A stretch of 64,000 bases of DNA from Catajapyx aquilonaris (taxonomy: Eukaryota), in assembly GCA_000934665.2 (NCBI GenBank), contig JYFJ02001019.1, forward strand, positions 1-64,000, given 5' to 3'. The notes under the pieces are model-generated. The model made no database searches and was not told the origin of the DNA. It saw only the letters and a program-made list of their open reading frames with translations. This document shows positions 23,769 to 43,200 of the stretch, in pieces (position 1 is the first letter of the stretch; the number at the start of each line of letters is the position of its first letter). The position numbers were made by a program, and so were the translations under genes.

Positions 23769-25693
23769 TCAAGAGAGAGCGTAAAGATAACGGGAGGCAG
23801 CATAGTAGTGGAACGTGGCCCCCAACCCAACATGAATATGCCATATTGCATGAGCACATGGGATTATACCATCTGCCTTGAAGAAGACAACTCCCAGGAT
23901 GTACACTGCTCCTCCTAGCTTCAGTTCCAGCACTCCAGATGGATCTTCCTGTGGATCAAAATAATTTAGTTCAGTTGGACCAACACTTACAAATGACAAG
24001 ATTCATCAGCAGTTACATTCTATCAATCATTAAAACACATATGAACTGTTGCTGTTAGTGTCACTCTAGTGACTACATCATCAAAAGGCTACTTCATATT
24101 TTAAGGGAAATTGCATGTTGATCGTAAATCGAGAACAGGTGGGCCAGATACTGGCTAGCCCCACCTCATACCAGAGTGCCCGTATAGCTACCAGAAGTGT
24201 GTTTTCTAAAATATGGTTAACCGTGTGTTTAGGCATGTTGCATGGGATAGTAATGTAATAGGTACCTACCATCTCAAACAGATGCAGGCAGGGTACAAGA
24301 CTGACCAGCATATAGAAAGTAGTCTCAAGCCATTTGAACCGCTCATGGAACCACTGTTGGTACAGGATACCCAGCGAGGCCAGAATCCACACACCCCAGT
24401 GAAGTTCTGCAGCTAAACATCCAGATGGGACAGGCCTTAAGCACAACCAGGGGAATGAGGATGCTGCTATAAAGATGTAGATCATGGCCCTATCTCCTCT
24501 ATGTAAAAGGTCCTTCAGTGCTGAGCTGCGACCAAGATAGAAGACACAATGGAAGAACGTTGACACTGTGAACAGGAGGACCAGGGCACAACCGTACACA
24601 AGTGCAGACCAGTATTGTTGGTTTGTGCCATATGATGCATGGCGAACCAACGAGATGCTTGCCCATGCACTTGGAAGCACGCAGAGCTGCAACAAAAATA
24701 ATTTGTTAGTTACTTAAAAGAGGAGGTTGAGGTTGACAAAGTTGGAGTATGACAACATTCAGATTTGACCACAGGTGGTGAGGGAGTGGATGGAGGGTTT
24801 AACATTAGTGAGATGGATGGTGCATACAAAGCTTGGTCAAATGAAATTAAGAAAAGGACCATGAGAAATCTCACGTCGGAATAGCTACTGTACTAGTGGG
24901 ATTCAATCCCAGAATCTCCCAAATGACACCTTGAACACATAACAACTTTTAACACTGGCTTGCCTAGCTGTTAGACTCTCAGCAAGGACACATTTCTTGG
25001 GTTTTTTCCTCCTTCAAAGACAAGGGAAAAAAGACTCCAAGAATCTTTAAAAAATAAAAAATAAAGTTCCTTACAAGCTTAATGTTTCTTGGTTATTAGG
25101 GGTATAGGTGTTCCCACTCCAGATAATATTTTATTGACACTGTACCTGATATTCATGATCAAGCAATGAAGTCCACAAGAAAGGAATGTTGTAGTGCAAA
25201 TTCATGAAACACAAGAAACATGAAGGGCAAGAAAGAAAGATATTGGCTGCAGCCATTCTAATAAAAATTCTCCTGAAATTATTCTGGAATCAACCAGGGG
25301 AAACATATGTAAAAAAGATCAGGCGGCTTTAGGTTTTAAATTTTGTTAAATGAAAGGGAGTAAATGTTATGTAATTGACCCATAGCCCGTAAATTTATTA
25401 TACCACTATATAAAATGTAGCTAATGAAGCAGTTCAATTCTAGAATTGGCCTACTATTGCTTGCTTGCAACAATAACATGTAGCCTCAATACTAGAAGCA
25501 ACAGAATAACGAATTTAAAATGAGCTTACCGCATGAGTGACTATGTTGGCTATATGTTCAGCCTCAGTGGGCTCATAAGCCTTGTTGTGTGGAGAAGGAC
25601 TGTTTTTCCACTGTATACTGCATCAAGAAAGAGAACCAAAAATTGTTAATGTGTTGGAACAATTTGCATAAAAAGAAGTAATAATTACCCCAT
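23769..25693 (-). CDS. MMD: Monocyte-to-macrophage differentiation factor (PAQR10/11, HlyIII-type 7TM), about 229 aa
   Basis: Exons 25617-25530 ([16 protein letters not shown]), 24686-24270 ([25 protein letters not shown]) and 23948-23769 ([19 protein letters not shown]). The start ATG GG|GT at 25693-25689 is tentative. A 5' UTR exon probably lies in the CpG-rich 28600-29250 region. Confidence 0.9.
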
Positions 25694-26863
25694 GATGTTT
25701 CTCTCTGGGTACTTCCTAAGGATTCATGCTGTCATCACCACAATGAATCTTCTGCTGGCCAGCTGAACATGGGCATTCTAAGCACAGAAGGAGTCTGTTC
25801 ACAGCATCTGGGAAGCACTCCTCCTTTTATCTATGGCATATCACTATACTTGCCTATCACACAAGTGCTTGGAAGCCCTATGAATATAAAATGGCGGGAG
25901 AGAATTCTTAAAAAGCATACCGTCACAATAGGGATATAGTATCTTATGTACCTTCTCTGAAAATCACTTTTGAATTGCTACCACAATACATTGATAGTGG
26001 TAACACGCACACTGTATAATTTCTAAGCACTCAAACAGTGATGTGGTTATCTATGCTATAACCTTTAAAACAAAAGGAAAACATGCCAATGCACATCATG
26101 AAAATTCCAATCGATATTCACTCACATGCCTAATGAATTCCTAATGATGACATACACTATCTGATTCACTGTGCCACACATATCAAGCGTGCATGATAGT
26201 GGTTGCATGCAAGGGCACTCCCATTACAAGTAGCATTAAACTCAATATGTAATATGAGCGCCAAATTAGGTAATCCTTGTCTTCCACCTCCTTTCACCTC
26301 TGTGTAAAGTACTGGATATTTCTGCCCTTTTATATCTCACTCAGCTCATTAACAAAATGCAACAACAACAACGTCATCATCTCTTACATGACCTTCTTTC
26401 AACTCAATGAAGATGAATTTCTAATTTGCCAAGAAAGGGTATAAACCCAGAAAAAACCACCTGAATATGGGCAAAAACCGTAAGCATTATTTCCACATTA
26501 AAAAATCACCTCATTTATGGACATCAGATGCAGTATGGCATGACATTGCCTAAACTATTGCATCACTATGTCACCCTGAGAATTGTCAGTATTATATGAT
26601 GACAATGTAATATGATCCTGAATGTCATGTTAACTCAAAAATTCAATTTACGCATTTGTAGTGCAGTACATGTTTCGAAAAAACACTTAATGTCACATTA
26701 CTGAGTAATCAATCATTATGAAACTGTCAAGATAATACTACAATGTTAGGCCCATTTCTAACAGCTAATATTTCAAAATGGCACACGTGCTGGTCTAACT
26801 TCATGGAGCCCCATTAAGAACATCTACACATAATATTATACTCACATGCACTTGCAACACCTC

Positions 26864-27197
26864 CAGCGCCGGATTTATCCCCCCGGCCGCCCTTAGGCAC
26901 TTGACATACGCNNNNNNNNCCCCCCCCCCCTCTGGCCTGACGCTTAAAAATGCAAATTTTTAAATTGTGTTATCTCCTTCATTTAACGTTATGTTATTTA
27001 AAAATATTATATTGAGAGTTATGGCCACCCTTCGCAAATTACCTTTTCTGCCTGCAGTGGTAAATCAAGCTCTCAAAAATCCGATTTTCTTTGTGATCTT
27101 GCCTTAATTTCCTATTATTGTATTTGAGAAATATTATTTATTGCAACTCGCGCCCCTAGGCCAGTGCCTATTGTGCCTAATGGGAAATCCTCCACTG
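26864..27197. mobile_element. hAT-type MITE (contains an N gap)
   Basis: CAGCGCCGGATTT ... AAATCCTCCACTG with an exact 8-bp TSD AACACCTC (26856-26863, 27198-27205). Confidence 0.82.
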
Positions 27198-27349
27198 AAC
27201 ACCTCCTCTACCAATCTGTGCTTATTTGATTCCAACTGAACCTATTCTCTTCCACCCCACCCAGCACCACACCTGCTATCTCCTTGAACCTCACACAAAG
27301 GTTATAAAAACAGATGAACAGCACATGTAGCCTATGTCACAGGCAACTC

Positions 27350-28090
27350 ATGCAATGCATCATTGACTTCATCCACCATTGTCACACCTGCAGATCTCAT
27401 GTGTTAGACAGAATGACAAAAATATTTCTACATGCAAAGCATAGTAATATCAAAAGACACAGGCAAAATCAACACTGATACCTGCAATAGAAGAAAAAAA
27501 TTGCACTGTTTATGCATGCTGACAATAAAGTTGAAATGAAAGTCTCAACTGGTGGAAAATGCTGGTGCTAATATCTAATATTGATAAGCATCATCACTGT
27601 TACACAAGTCAAGCAATGACATAATTTCATATCTCTAGTAAAGCTTTGCAATTGGCTACAGAATGGGTAGCTGATTGTCAGTTCTCACCATGAGTAGTCG
27701 GACCCAAATGTCATAAAAACACACGAGTAAAACAGATGTGGCATTTGTCGTATCAAAGCATGCAATAGATCCCACCCATGATTACCAAACCTGCAGTCAT
27801 ATCATAGGACAATATTCCTACATGAAAGCATTTTAGTTTCAGAAGACATCTGCCAAATCACTATTGACACCTGGCAATTAAACATGCTTTTGCAATATTT
27901 GTGGATGTTGGCAATTAACCTTGAAAATTAAACCTCGGCTGATGGGAAACTGTCAGTGTTAATTCTGTTTGACAGCATTTAATATCATCAGCACTCTCAT
28001 GCAAGGCAAGTGATGACATAATGTCTATAGTAAAAACATTCAATTGGCAAACAGAATGGGTAACTGATTATGAGTTATGTCAGTCTCACA
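27350..28090. repeat. Diverged tandem duplication, period about 410 bp
   Basis: Collinear blocks (ACCTGCAG, CTACATG(C)AAAGCAT, CAATTGGC..CAGAATGGGTA.CTGATT) occur at about 27350-27690 and 27760-28090. Confidence 0.65.
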
Positions 28091-28599
28091 AGTGTAGATT
28101 CACATATGTAGCTCCATTAGTAAGTGAGCAACTCTGGCAGCAAAACCTTTCATTTGAACCTTCATTTTCACTTAATTACTTCTGTATTCACACTAACAGC
28201 ATACACTGACAGTGAGTGGCATGTGCAATTGCCGTAACCGTGCAACTCTAATGAGCTACCACTTTCACAGCAGCAAATATAGAAATAGTTCAATGTAAGT
28301 GCACTAGAGATTACAAACTTGTGGCTTTGACCTTACATCACAGTCTGTGTAAAAGTTCTGGCTGCTGTCCATAAATCCCAGTCACTGCTAGATTTTGCCT
28401 CTATGAATGCCTTGTCCCAACTGAAAGCACACACTGCCTTTTTTTTTTTTGCTTTTTTCTGCATTTTTTGTTGTTGTCTTTGCTGTAGCTGACCCCAATC
28501 CCACTTTCAACGTGTGTGCAACCAGTTTGACCACATTCTTTTTTTCCCTCCCTCCTCTCCCTCCACAGACTCTCGTCCAGTCTGACCCTGTGAGGAGCT

Positions 28600-29986
28600 T
28601 ACGAAACAAACCGGCGGTCCCCAATTGATAAATCGACTCTTTTGACCCTCAAAAAAAAAAAAAATCTTCGGCGGCAATAACTCACTCGCATCCGGATATC
28701 GGGTGATCAGTCTCTCGATAGCCGGCCCGCCGCCGCTGCCAGCCTGCCCATGAGCTTGCCTGCCTGTCGTTCAAACTGCATGGTCGTGGGGGGGCTGATG
28801 TTGTAACCTCGGCGGATGTCCCCAATTTAGAAGCCGAGGTATGATCAGAGGAAGACAGACACGCAGTCTCGGCGAGGTGAGTGTATGCTGGAAAGGGGAG
28901 GCAGGCGGGAGATGATGGATGGATGCGACGGCGGCGGCGGTGGCGGGACAGATCAGGTCCATCCAGTCCTGCCTCTCCCATCCACGACCTGCGACCTCCC
29001 CTCCGCCCTGGAGCCGTCGACTGAATCGTTGCAGGCTCTGGACCCACGGGATTCAGTCGCAGCCTCCGCGGGGGCGGATGGGTGGACCGATGGGGGAGGG
29101 GGCGGGGAGTATCACAGGGAATTAATTAATCAATGAAGGACATCAACGCCGATTGTAATGAGAGCGAAATTATATGCATTCGAGACGAAATTTCGATTTG
29201 TGAAGATGAAAAGTATCGATCTGAAAAGTTCGGGCGCCATGTTTGAACTGGTGGTGCGACGCGCTGCTTTTTTCCAGGTGTTCCTTAATTCCGTCTAGAG
29301 GGGGAGGAAACTAGAGGAAACAGGTTGCTATCCCTCGTAATAAATGTAATAATAATAATACACGATAGCACTCTCCTACGTCCCAGATTAACATTGTTCC
29401 AGGTCAAATATAATAAGTTAATAACGTTATCCTATAAGAAGTCTGCGGCAACTACTTAATCGCTCGTCTATTAAATATTATTAACCTTCCAGGACAAATA
29501 TCAACATGGCAATTGCAAAATAAGCTTGCGTTGTGTAATTAAAATGCGGATACTTATTATGTTGGAAAGTAAATAAGCAGCCAGCAGATGAGTAGTTGTA
29601 GTGCCCGTATACGTCCTTCGTCAAACACATTTATTAAATTCTCACCAAATGGGGATGTGATATTGCAATAAATGATCGTGCCTTTCTATATTATTTGTGT
29701 GCAATTTGTGTGGCATGTTTCCTATCTCAATCAGCAGGACCGCGAATCATTAATTTGCGGGAAGAGGCGAGAAAAAAATGACCAGAGATGACGACGAACC
29801 TCTTTTCGATACGATACAGCTTATTAGAATCGATAATTCTACAGCATATTATTTTGCAAGATGGTGGCGATCAGCTGTGTGTCTGCTGCTCTGCCTCGAA
29901 GTTATGGTGACCTGTAACACGGGGACGGTTTTTGGACTGACCTAATTCCGACGTCCGCGTTTAGGACCATAGAGCTGAGTGTGATT
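28600..29986. promoter_or_regulatory. Bidirectional promoter region, MMD/WDR13
   Basis: CpG-rich. Minus-strand donor-like GTAAGC near 28601. DRE-like ATCGAT motifs at about 29215 and 29829. Confidence 0.55.
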
Positions 29987-36371
<6,385 letters not shown>

Positions 36372-37281
36372 AGCCTGTTTTGTGATGTGTAAATCCCACA
36401 CATGGAATTAGAAATTAAGCTTATACTTTCAATTTGTACTCTTTAATAAACACCCAACTGTTATGGAACTAGAGACATTATTATTCACGTAACTGTACAG
36501 CACCATGTTTTAAAAAAGAACCCAGTGAATGTACAATATGGACGGGGAGAGAAAGTATTATAAATTAAATGTCTTAAAATAGAATATAACTGTACATCAA
36601 CACTTGTGCTTATATGTATGACACACGTGATATGCAGCTGCCATTCCTTTTTTTTTAGAAAAAGAGAAAAGTTGTGTACAAAAATAACACCCCAGTGGAG
36701 CACAGAACACAGAAGACACCAACGAAATGGAATGCTGCAGTTGGGTTTCTCTTTTTTCCATAATCAATAGGACACTGCTTGATCCCCGTCAACAATGGAA
36801 CATTACTAACAATGGAAACAGAGCCTCGGGCTATAATTACCACGAGGTTGAGGCACTACGATTGTCTTTGTCGATCAATTACTTATTTTATCTCGCATAC
36901 TTGCATAGTATTGGTGACCAGTGTAATGGGGGTTTCCAGAATGTGATGAAAATGTGACCAAGTCGCACCCAAAAGATAGTTAGGCACTAATGTTAAAAAG
37001 GCCATGCACCAGAAGGGCAATGAAAGTGATTCTATGTACAAAACCAAGCCTATGTAACCTCTTCTCCTTTCCCTGTACCCAATTATATTTTCAACAAAAA
37101 AACTATGTAGCATCAACAGTGGTTAACAGGGAAAAATTAAAAGGTTAAATCCATAAATAACTAGCTGCAAATGTGAGTTGGTATTTGTTAATAATACTGG
37201 TGTGCTTCTTCCTTTCAACTTGGACACACTTTCCTTAATCACAGCCCCAAATGTTCAATACAACAATAAATTACTTGGGGA

Positions 37282-40200
37282 TTAGCTCTGAACAGATGCC
37301 AACCCAACTGTGGCTTCTTCCCATCTTGAGTCCTCCTTCTTTTCCACCCCATTGGTTGGGATTACTGTTTCATTGCCTTCAGCTGAGGCAACAATGGTGG
37401 TCCACGATGCATCTGAAGCTGTTCCCACTCCGCTATCTCCTGTTGAAAGCTCCTCACAAGAGTCCAAAAGCAATGCCTCGCCTTTTACCTGAGAAGATGC
37501 CTTCTTGGAGCCTTCTGACCCCTCAGTTGTTCCATCGTTGCTTCCTGTATGTGCTAAATCTCCACCTTCTTGCCCATTGTATCTCTGAGGTAATTCTAAT
37601 TTTAACTTATCCCTTGTGTGCCTCAATTCTCCTACTGTCTGAAGCGAACTGGTGTTTGCAGGTACTACTAGGTTGGCCTTGTTGTTGGTTGCTGGGGCAG
37701 ATGATGGGGTATGCCAATAGTCGCTGTTCAGCAGCTCCTCAGCAAGGTCATCACCACTTTCAGCTCCCTGGGTAAATCGATGCTGCCCTCCAGGGAAGAA
37801 TTCACTGGCCGAGAAAAATTGGAATGGGCGACTTGATCCTCGTATGAAGAACTCATCTGAAAGGCAAGTGGTACAAAGTCAAATATGAGAAGTTCCCACG
37901 TGTCTGTGATGTTTGTGGCACCATTGGATGTGCAAAGATTCTGACTACTCTGCAATATTTACCCATAGCTGAATCTTCACCTTCCCCAAATCCAGCATCT
38001 ACGTCACTGAGGCGATAGATGTTGAACGATGGGATGCTCCTGCTGGCTCGTGAAGGTGAGTCATTATTACCATTCATTTCACCAGAGTCCAGCTCAAGCA
38101 CCTCCTCTGGGATTTCTTCCTCTCCAAGCTCCCAGTCTGAAAATATACAATAGATCAATATACTGTATACAATAAATACTGTGGTATGACTTCTATTATC
38201 AGCACACTTTCTTCCCTCAGAATTCTCAACAGTGACTCAAAGATAATCACAGCCATTTGTTATTTAAAAGGATTGCAACAGGTTAAATTTATACACTTAG
38301 TAACTAAGCGCAAAAAATTAATCTTGGTTCCATGCCTGCAAACTGGGAATAATCCATGACAGTAGCAAAATCAGTCCATGACGTTCTGGAAGATCCATCC
38401 TGCTGTGAGATACGTGGCAACCCATGAACCTCATCTTCTGGAGAAGCCGGTTGTGGCTCTCTTGGATATTCATAAATTCGGTGGTGCCTTTGCTGCTTGA
38501 ATGACACACTTTTCTTGACACCTTCGGATAATCGCTTGTCTGGGCTTCGGATTGATGAACGGTTTGGTGTTGCATCCTGCTTCCACTTGGACGGGACAAA
38601 ATCTTCCTCGCCACTCTCCGACGAAGTGCCCTCCTCCTCCTCCTCTTCAACCTCTGCTATGGACTCCATTGGGAAGTCTATGTAGCTCAGAGTCGGCTAG
38701 AAAACACCACAACTGCCTTTGGCAATCTTTTTTCTTTCATTACATTCTACAATAGTACACTCATTAATGATCTGATAATTACAGTACTTGGCTTTATATT
38801 CACATGGAGAAGATTAGGTAGGCCTAATTCAATTTGTGATTGCACATGAGAGTAGCTTTGACTTGTTCACGTCTCACTGCACAAGAAATTGATTAATTAT
38901 AAGAATGTGCAAGTTCAAATTTAGTGTAATTATCAGCAATAAAAATTGTTGACAGCTGCTTGTAAAAGCAAACAAAACAACAGAACTTGAAAGCATGCAA
39001 AATACCCCATCCGTGCCAAATTGTTTTATTTTTCATTTACGACAATACATGCATTGCCCATTTACACGATGAAAATTTAACAATAAATGCACAACTACAC
39101 AGGACAGCAATAAGCCATGCACAAAAAGGCAGCCAGTTTCTGGTTAAGTAAAGCTAACTCACCTGGCCCTTGCATTCCTGCTTTGAAATCGCTGCACCTG
39201 CACCTGGCATCTGAGCCCCCTCCCCTTCCTAAAAAAAGGCCAGCAAGATACCCAAACGATAAGGCAAGAGCAAAAGTGACTCAAGAACAGGCAAGAGATT
39301 AAAAGAAACAAAATGGGATGAACAAGGGAAAACCCTAAGACTCCTGTTACAATACTCAAAAATGAAGCATAAAGCAAACCTAAAATAAAACGTTAAGGCT
39401 GGAAACCAACTTTTCTGAGACAGTGCTATTAAGTGCTGACATGCACTTCTTCTGGCAGCTTCCCACTCACCCGCCATTCAAACTCTCCACTGGTTGAGGA
39501 ACTGGTTCCATCATCTTCATCTTCCTCATCCTCAACTTCTTCCTCTTCTCCTCCCTCCTCTTTTTTGTCTCCTTCCTCTTCGGATTCACTGTCGAAATCT
39601 GGAGTGTATGAAACTTCTTCTGGCTCACTTCCTTCTTCTTTAGAATCATCTTCTCCATTTACTTTTTCCAGATCTTGTGCTTTGGCATCTTCCGACTCCC
39701 CTGGGATCAATTTGGCCACATGCGTGACGGTGTCAACCAACAAAATGTCCTCTTCACCCTTCGCCTGTTAAAATATGAAATGGTGAGACTGGCTTGCATA
39801 AGGATTAGAGTGTATGGCCCAGTTGTATGAATTCAAATCAAGGAAAAATCTCTGATTATGTATACTATTTTCTCCTAACTTACGTTCATAGAACTGGCTC
39901 GAACTTGTAAGGCTGGTTGGATGTCAGGGAAAATCTCCAATCATGTACAGGGTGTTCCAAGTTCGTGGGTCACTTCTTGATAACTGATATTGCTCATTAG
40001 CAGTTATCATGAAGTGACCCGCAAACTTGGAACACCCTGTATAAGAATTCTTGTACATATCCTGACTTAATTGATGATTTTCTCAACTGGCCGTCTGGCC
40101 CTGAAGCCTATTATACATAATGACTGTTCAATTCATGGAGTCGAGTGACACCGGGTCAAGAGTGAGTCTGGATTGAACCCTCAATAGAGATGGATTCATG

Positions 40201-43200
40201 CACATAAAAACCCAACACAGGTTTACGTGACTCCAACCCTGGAATACCTTTTCCAGCAAAGAAATTACATTATACACCCTCCTTTGGTGATCCCTATCAC
40301 CAGACTTATCCCTCACCTTGTCACCCATCCTTTAACTTCCTTTGGTAGTTCCAGAACATTTTTTCCTATTCAACTCTGGCTGTCATTGATCAAACACTCT
40401 TAATCCTGGCTGGCGGAGTCAACTCTGCTCCCTGACCAGAGTTGACTCTGGAACCATGAGGTTGAACTGCCAAAATGTATATGAACTCGGGGTTTTAATA
40501 CCCCTCTCAACTGAGTTTGAACCCTGGTTACGCATTTGAAACTCCATTATGTATATGGGTCAGAGAGTCAAGCGGAGTTAAATGCATTGGCCAAATAATT
40601 TTCCCCTGCACAGTTTCGAGTGCATAAATCTCAACCATGACATCAGTGAAAATAAGTTTAATAATATTCAGGTGCCCTCCACGTCCCAAAACCAGTTTTT
40701 ATTTCACATTTGGCACATGCCAGGGTCCATAAACTATATGAGGACATAATATTTACTTCTTGCTCATTGCATTTTTTGTGGGGGAGCAGCAAGAAAAAAA
40801 TTCACATTTCCAGATCCCTCCTCCACAGGAAGAATAAGAAACAAAAAATCCAATCTTATAAGTATAATGCTTACACTAGAAAATATTTTTGCATAAAAAA
40901 TGCATGGTTTTAAATATACCAAACCTTGTAACTAACATTTATGATCACCATACCAATGTTGTGGCTCTCTTTTTAACCACTTCTATTTCAAGTAATAAAA
41001 AATACTATACCTTAGGTGCGACAACATAGCCATTGTGATTGACAGCATCCTCCAGGTCTTCCAGCACCATATCATTTTCCAGGTTCTTCTCACTGTGTTT
41101 CTTCTCCAGCAACTTTGCAGGTATATTTGGTGTACCACACTCTGATTCCTCCAAAATTGGTGACAGAAAAGGTATGCGTCCGTAGTCAATAGTGAATGAG
41201 TTGCTCTCCCCAAGACTGTCTTCCTCGTCCTCAAGTGTGAATGTCGCATTGACTTCTCCTTCCCCCGAGTTAGTGCTGGACATGGCAGTAGGCTCCCAAA
41301 AATCATCCTCATCTTCATCCATTGCTTGGTGAACAAGAGCCATTGCTTTTTGTGTACCACGATGCAATAGCGTCATCTGATGCTTCCAAAAATCATCATC
41401 TTCATCCACTGAACTCACTGGCCCTTCCAACTGACTGGACTCTGAGGCTACTTCTTCCTCATTATTTTCTGCCATATTAAGTGACTCATCAGCTGTGTAA
41501 TATGCCTCACTATGTGCGGCTTCACTGGAACCACCTGTCGATGGTTCTGACAATTTCAAGGGCCTGTCAGGGGTGGCTTGGATGCCCGTATAACATTCAA
41601 GAGAAAGATCCTCACTTGGACCCATGATAACCTCAAGTGATGGTGCTACTGGAGTTGACTCGGGAGTGCTAGAAAGGTGGCGCTCCTTTGGAGTCTCCAA
41701 GATGTTATCCCACTGCATTGAAGGCCAATCTAGTGACTTTTCCTCTAGTGGTGGGCTACTTGGCTCATCTTGCTTTCTGTGGGAATAATAAATTTCATAA
41801 AAAGCGTGCTCACCATTACATCCCATCAATTGGCGAAAGGTTTTCATAACAAATGCCTTGTCATTACTGCACAATAGGGCCTGATATGGATGAACACACA
41901 GGGAGTTAAGAGGAAGACAAGGTGGACATAATCTGTGCAGTACTTTAAAATGCAAATTGTGATTGAAACAGGCAAAGACTAACATTTAGGATGGCATAAG
42001 TTTTTAGTACACATGTGCCCCTCTCTATGTCATACCTTACAGCGTACTAACTGCACCAATGGAGGGAGGAGGAGATATATTCAAGATGTGATTCAAAGGT
42101 ACCATTATTGGACGGTGTTATGCAGTAACCATGTAACCCACAACATGTTGAAACCGAGAAAAAACAAGTAGCCGTTATGTTCACGTAAAAAATCCCACTG
42201 AAAAACGAGACGCCGTACCTATATTTTGCCGATGCTATAAGATTACTTGTTAACAGGCGCCAATGTTAGGTTAAAATTTTTTTAAAGCACGATGGTTACT
42301 GGAATTTTTACAATTTGTGGGTTACATGGTTACTGCATAACACGGTCTTTTTTTCTACAAATGTTTTGAAATGCAAGACTCCCAGGTTTTCATGTGTAAC
42401 TGCTACAAGAGCCAGTTGGACAGTGTTATGCAATAATGCGTCAACCCACATGAGACCAGTTTTGAGAAGGGCTTTGAAAGTCATACTTGTGAAATTAATT
42501 CTGTGTTCTTTTCGGTCATTTATGGCAGAAGTATGCAGATTTCGCCAGCGTGATTTTAACTGAATGAAGTAGGATCCGTTAGGATCCATTGGTTGTTCCT
42601 GGGCTTGGCTTAATTTTGACATTTTAATGGGTTGACAAATCATTGCATAACACCGTCCATGCACACCATTCATGAGTTAACTTTTCGGTCATTTGTGGCA
42701 GAAGTAGGCATATATAGCCGCCATCATTTTAACTGAATGAAGTACTATCCTTTGGGTGTATGTTCCTGGGCTTAACTCAATTTTTACATTGTTGTGGGTT
42801 GACCCATTATTGCATATTACTGTCCAGTTATGCCTCTGTACTTGACAAACCACCCAACAAGTTGAAAAAAAGGAAGTATTTGTGTATAATTTTAAAATGC
42901 TCTCTCTGTTTCAGCATTTTGCATGTCAGCTAGAAAGGGTTTCATAAGCACTGTTTGATAGTAACTTACACTGGGCTGCTATCTCGAAAGACTAAGCGGA
43001 TGGGGCGTGGTTTCTGAAATGGGTTGTAAGTGGTTGCCTCCTCCTCATTACATGTCTCCAAGATTGGTGTTGCAATATTGACCACCACTTTTGGGACATC
43101 CAGATTCTTGTCCACTTCCACACATTTTTCTTGAACAGGACTTGTCAGTGTCGCTGGTTTCATGGTCTCTCCTGATGTCGACTTGCCCAAAAAAGGGTTT

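Noticed and set aside
26912..26919. N runs here and at 47160-47166
   Set aside because: Assembly gaps next to homopolymer C/G tracts, not biology.
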